A DNA stretch of 64,000 nucleotides from Thermoplasmatota archaeon (GTDB lineage Archaea; Thermoplasmatota; Thermoplasmata; UBA10834): assembly GCA_040751795.1 (NCBI GenBank), contig JBFMHR010000002.1:128001-192000 (forward strand), written 5' to 3'. The notes beneath the pieces were generated by a model that searched no databases, was not told the DNA's origin, and saw only the letters and a program-made list of their open reading frames with translations. Position numbers and translations under genes: made by a program. How positions within the stretch are numbered: the stretch's first letter is position 1; the number at the start of each line of letters is the position of its first letter. Shown here in pieces: positions 62,523-64,000 of the stretch.

Positions 62523-62940
62523 GCCGAGATCCTCCGGGGCCCCCCGAGGACCGTTACCCCTCCGGGCGGTTTATCTGTTGCGCCTGTCGCGCGCTCCAGG
62601 GCGCGCGATCAGCCGCATGGCGAGGGCGATGCGAACCGTAGTTGGTTTAAAAAAGTCTGTATCTGTATGTGACCATGAAGGGCATTGGTCTAAATGCGGA
62701 GTCACAGGTCTCGGTCCTGCTCATGTGCCCGGACGCCCTTCCGGGCCCCCGTGCCCTCTCCCCTCTGCCCGCGCCCTCGGTCCCGTTGCCGCCCCTCGTC
62801 CTTGCCCCGCTCGTGAGCCTCATGCGTGTCACTAGGCGCGGTCACGGTAGTAGTCGGGAGCGGTCACGGGTGGCCGACGGACGGGCACGTCCCATCGGTT
62901 AAGTACGCCGGTGTCCCTCGAGGTCCGTGAGGTGTCCGGT

Positions 62941-63210
62941 ATGGCCAGGGTGACGGTCAGGATGTTCGCGACGTTCCGCGAGGTCGCCGGGTGCGCGGAG
63001 ACGTCCGAGGAGGCGGGGGACGTGTCCGGCCTGCTCGACGCGCTGGCCGCAAGGTACGGCGAGGCATTCGGGCGCCTCGTCCGCGGCGGCTCTGCGGAGG
63101 GGTTCGTGGTCCTCGTCAACGGGCGCAACATCGGCCAGCTGCAGTCCCTCACCACTCCCCTGGCGGACGGCGACGAGGTCTCCCTCTTCCCCCCGATATC
63201 TGGCGGGTGA
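62941..63210 (+). CDS. Ubiquitin-like SAMP/MoaD family protein
   Basis: V.MFATFRE, VLVNGRNI, L.DGDEVSLFPPISGG C-terminal diglycine. Confidence 0.9.
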   Translation: MARVTVRMFATFREVAGCAETSEEAGDVSGLLDALAARYGEAFGRLVRGGSAEGFVVLVNGRNIGQLQSLTTPLADGDEVSLFPPISGG

Positions 63211-63276
63211 GGCGTGCCCGCGGGGCCCGGCAATCTTTATATCGGGTCAGGCCATAACCGCGGCTCAGGGCCTAAG

Positions 63277-64000
63277 ATGGAGAGCGAACCCAAGGCGCGC
63301 GAGGAGAGGGACCCGCTCAAGACGGTCGTCACCGTCATGACCGCCCTCATATTCCTGACGTTCGGACTCATAGGATACGTCATCTACGACAACTCTCTGA
63401 GGAGCGAGACGGAGTCCAGGGTGGTCGTCGACGGGAGCACCGTGCTCATGAACTACGTCGGGATGTTCGAGGACGGGAGGGTCTTCGACACCAGCGTCCT
63501 CGAGGTGGCCGAGGACAACGCCCTCTACCCGAAGTCCTTCACGTTCTCGATGCGCGAGGCGAGCGGCTACACCCCCTTCGAGATGACGGCCGGCCTGTAC
63601 GGCGAGTCTGGCGGGACGATCAAGGGCTTCGCCCTCGGCGTCATAGGCATGGAGCTCAACGAGAAGGGCATCATAGTGGTGCAGCCGGAGGACGGCTACG
63701 CCGTCGACCCCGCCATGCTCGAGACCGTGGACCTCCTCGAGGAGGTACCCGCGGTCGAGACGGTGACGGAGTCGGAGTTCTCGTCGCTGTTCGGCGCCTC
63801 CGCGACGCTCATGACCCTGGTGCCCCACTACAAGTGGGGCTGGGACGTGCTGGTCGTGCAGATCGCCTCCGGGTACGTCACATTCAAGAACATGCCGACC
63901 GTCGGCGAGGTCGTGACGCCCTACGGGGACCCTGACGATCCCGACTTCCCCCTGGGCTGGGAGTGCGTGGTCGAGTCGTACGACGCCTCCGCCGACGACG
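63277..64000 (+). CDS. Membrane-anchored FKBP-type peptidyl-prolyl isomerase (runs off window edge)
   Basis: Manual translation: N-terminal TM, then NYVGMFEDGRVFDTS, IKGF...GM, PEDGY. Confidence 0.85.
   Translation, partial: MESEPKAREERDPLKTVVTVMTALIFLTFGLIGYVIYDNSLRSETESRVVVDGSTVLMNYVGMFEDGRVFDTSVLEVAEDNALYPKSFTFSMREASGYTPFEMTAGLYGESGGTIKGFALGVIGMELNEKGIIVVQPEDGYAVDPAMLETVDLLEEVPAVETVTESEFSSLFGASATLMTLVPHYKWGWDVLVVQIASGYVTFKNMPTVGEVVTPYGDPDDPDFPLGWECVVESYDASADD

Overview
GC-rich archaeal chromosomal segment. The archaeal markers are Rpp21, L10e, Dph2, archaeal-type ThrRS and TATA-type promoters. MtxX, two DUF835 proteins and non-pyrrolysine MttB suggest a Thermoplasmatota relative of Methanomassiliicoccales (inference). 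Contents in order: translation genes; queDCE; a leuA-C-D-B operon; pheA; a clostripain-like protease; a thrC-hom-ask-ilvD operon with divergent thrB; an AsnA-like synthetase with divergent Lrp; a methylamine:corrinoid:pterin methyltransferase cluster; an Opp-type transporter whose second permease carries PKD domains; a 1857-aa surface protein; a PAS/GAF kinase; beta-lactamase-like and S66 peptidases; PolX and NAD-dependent ligase; a long coiled-coil protein; CopA; a SAMP/MoaD protein; and an FKBP. I saw no tRNA, rRNA, CRISPR or IS element. The strongest novel signal is a 19-codon leader ORF (MAPQSNAPLILPLGLLLLA, 17072-17013, minus strand), absent from the ORF track. It has its own SD, four consecutive Leu codons and a hairpin/U-run directly upstream of leuA, so it is a candidate leucine attenuator in an archaeon. 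Several strongly structured non-coding regions and operator palindromes are also reported. All protein calls come from motif recognition by eye, not database searches.
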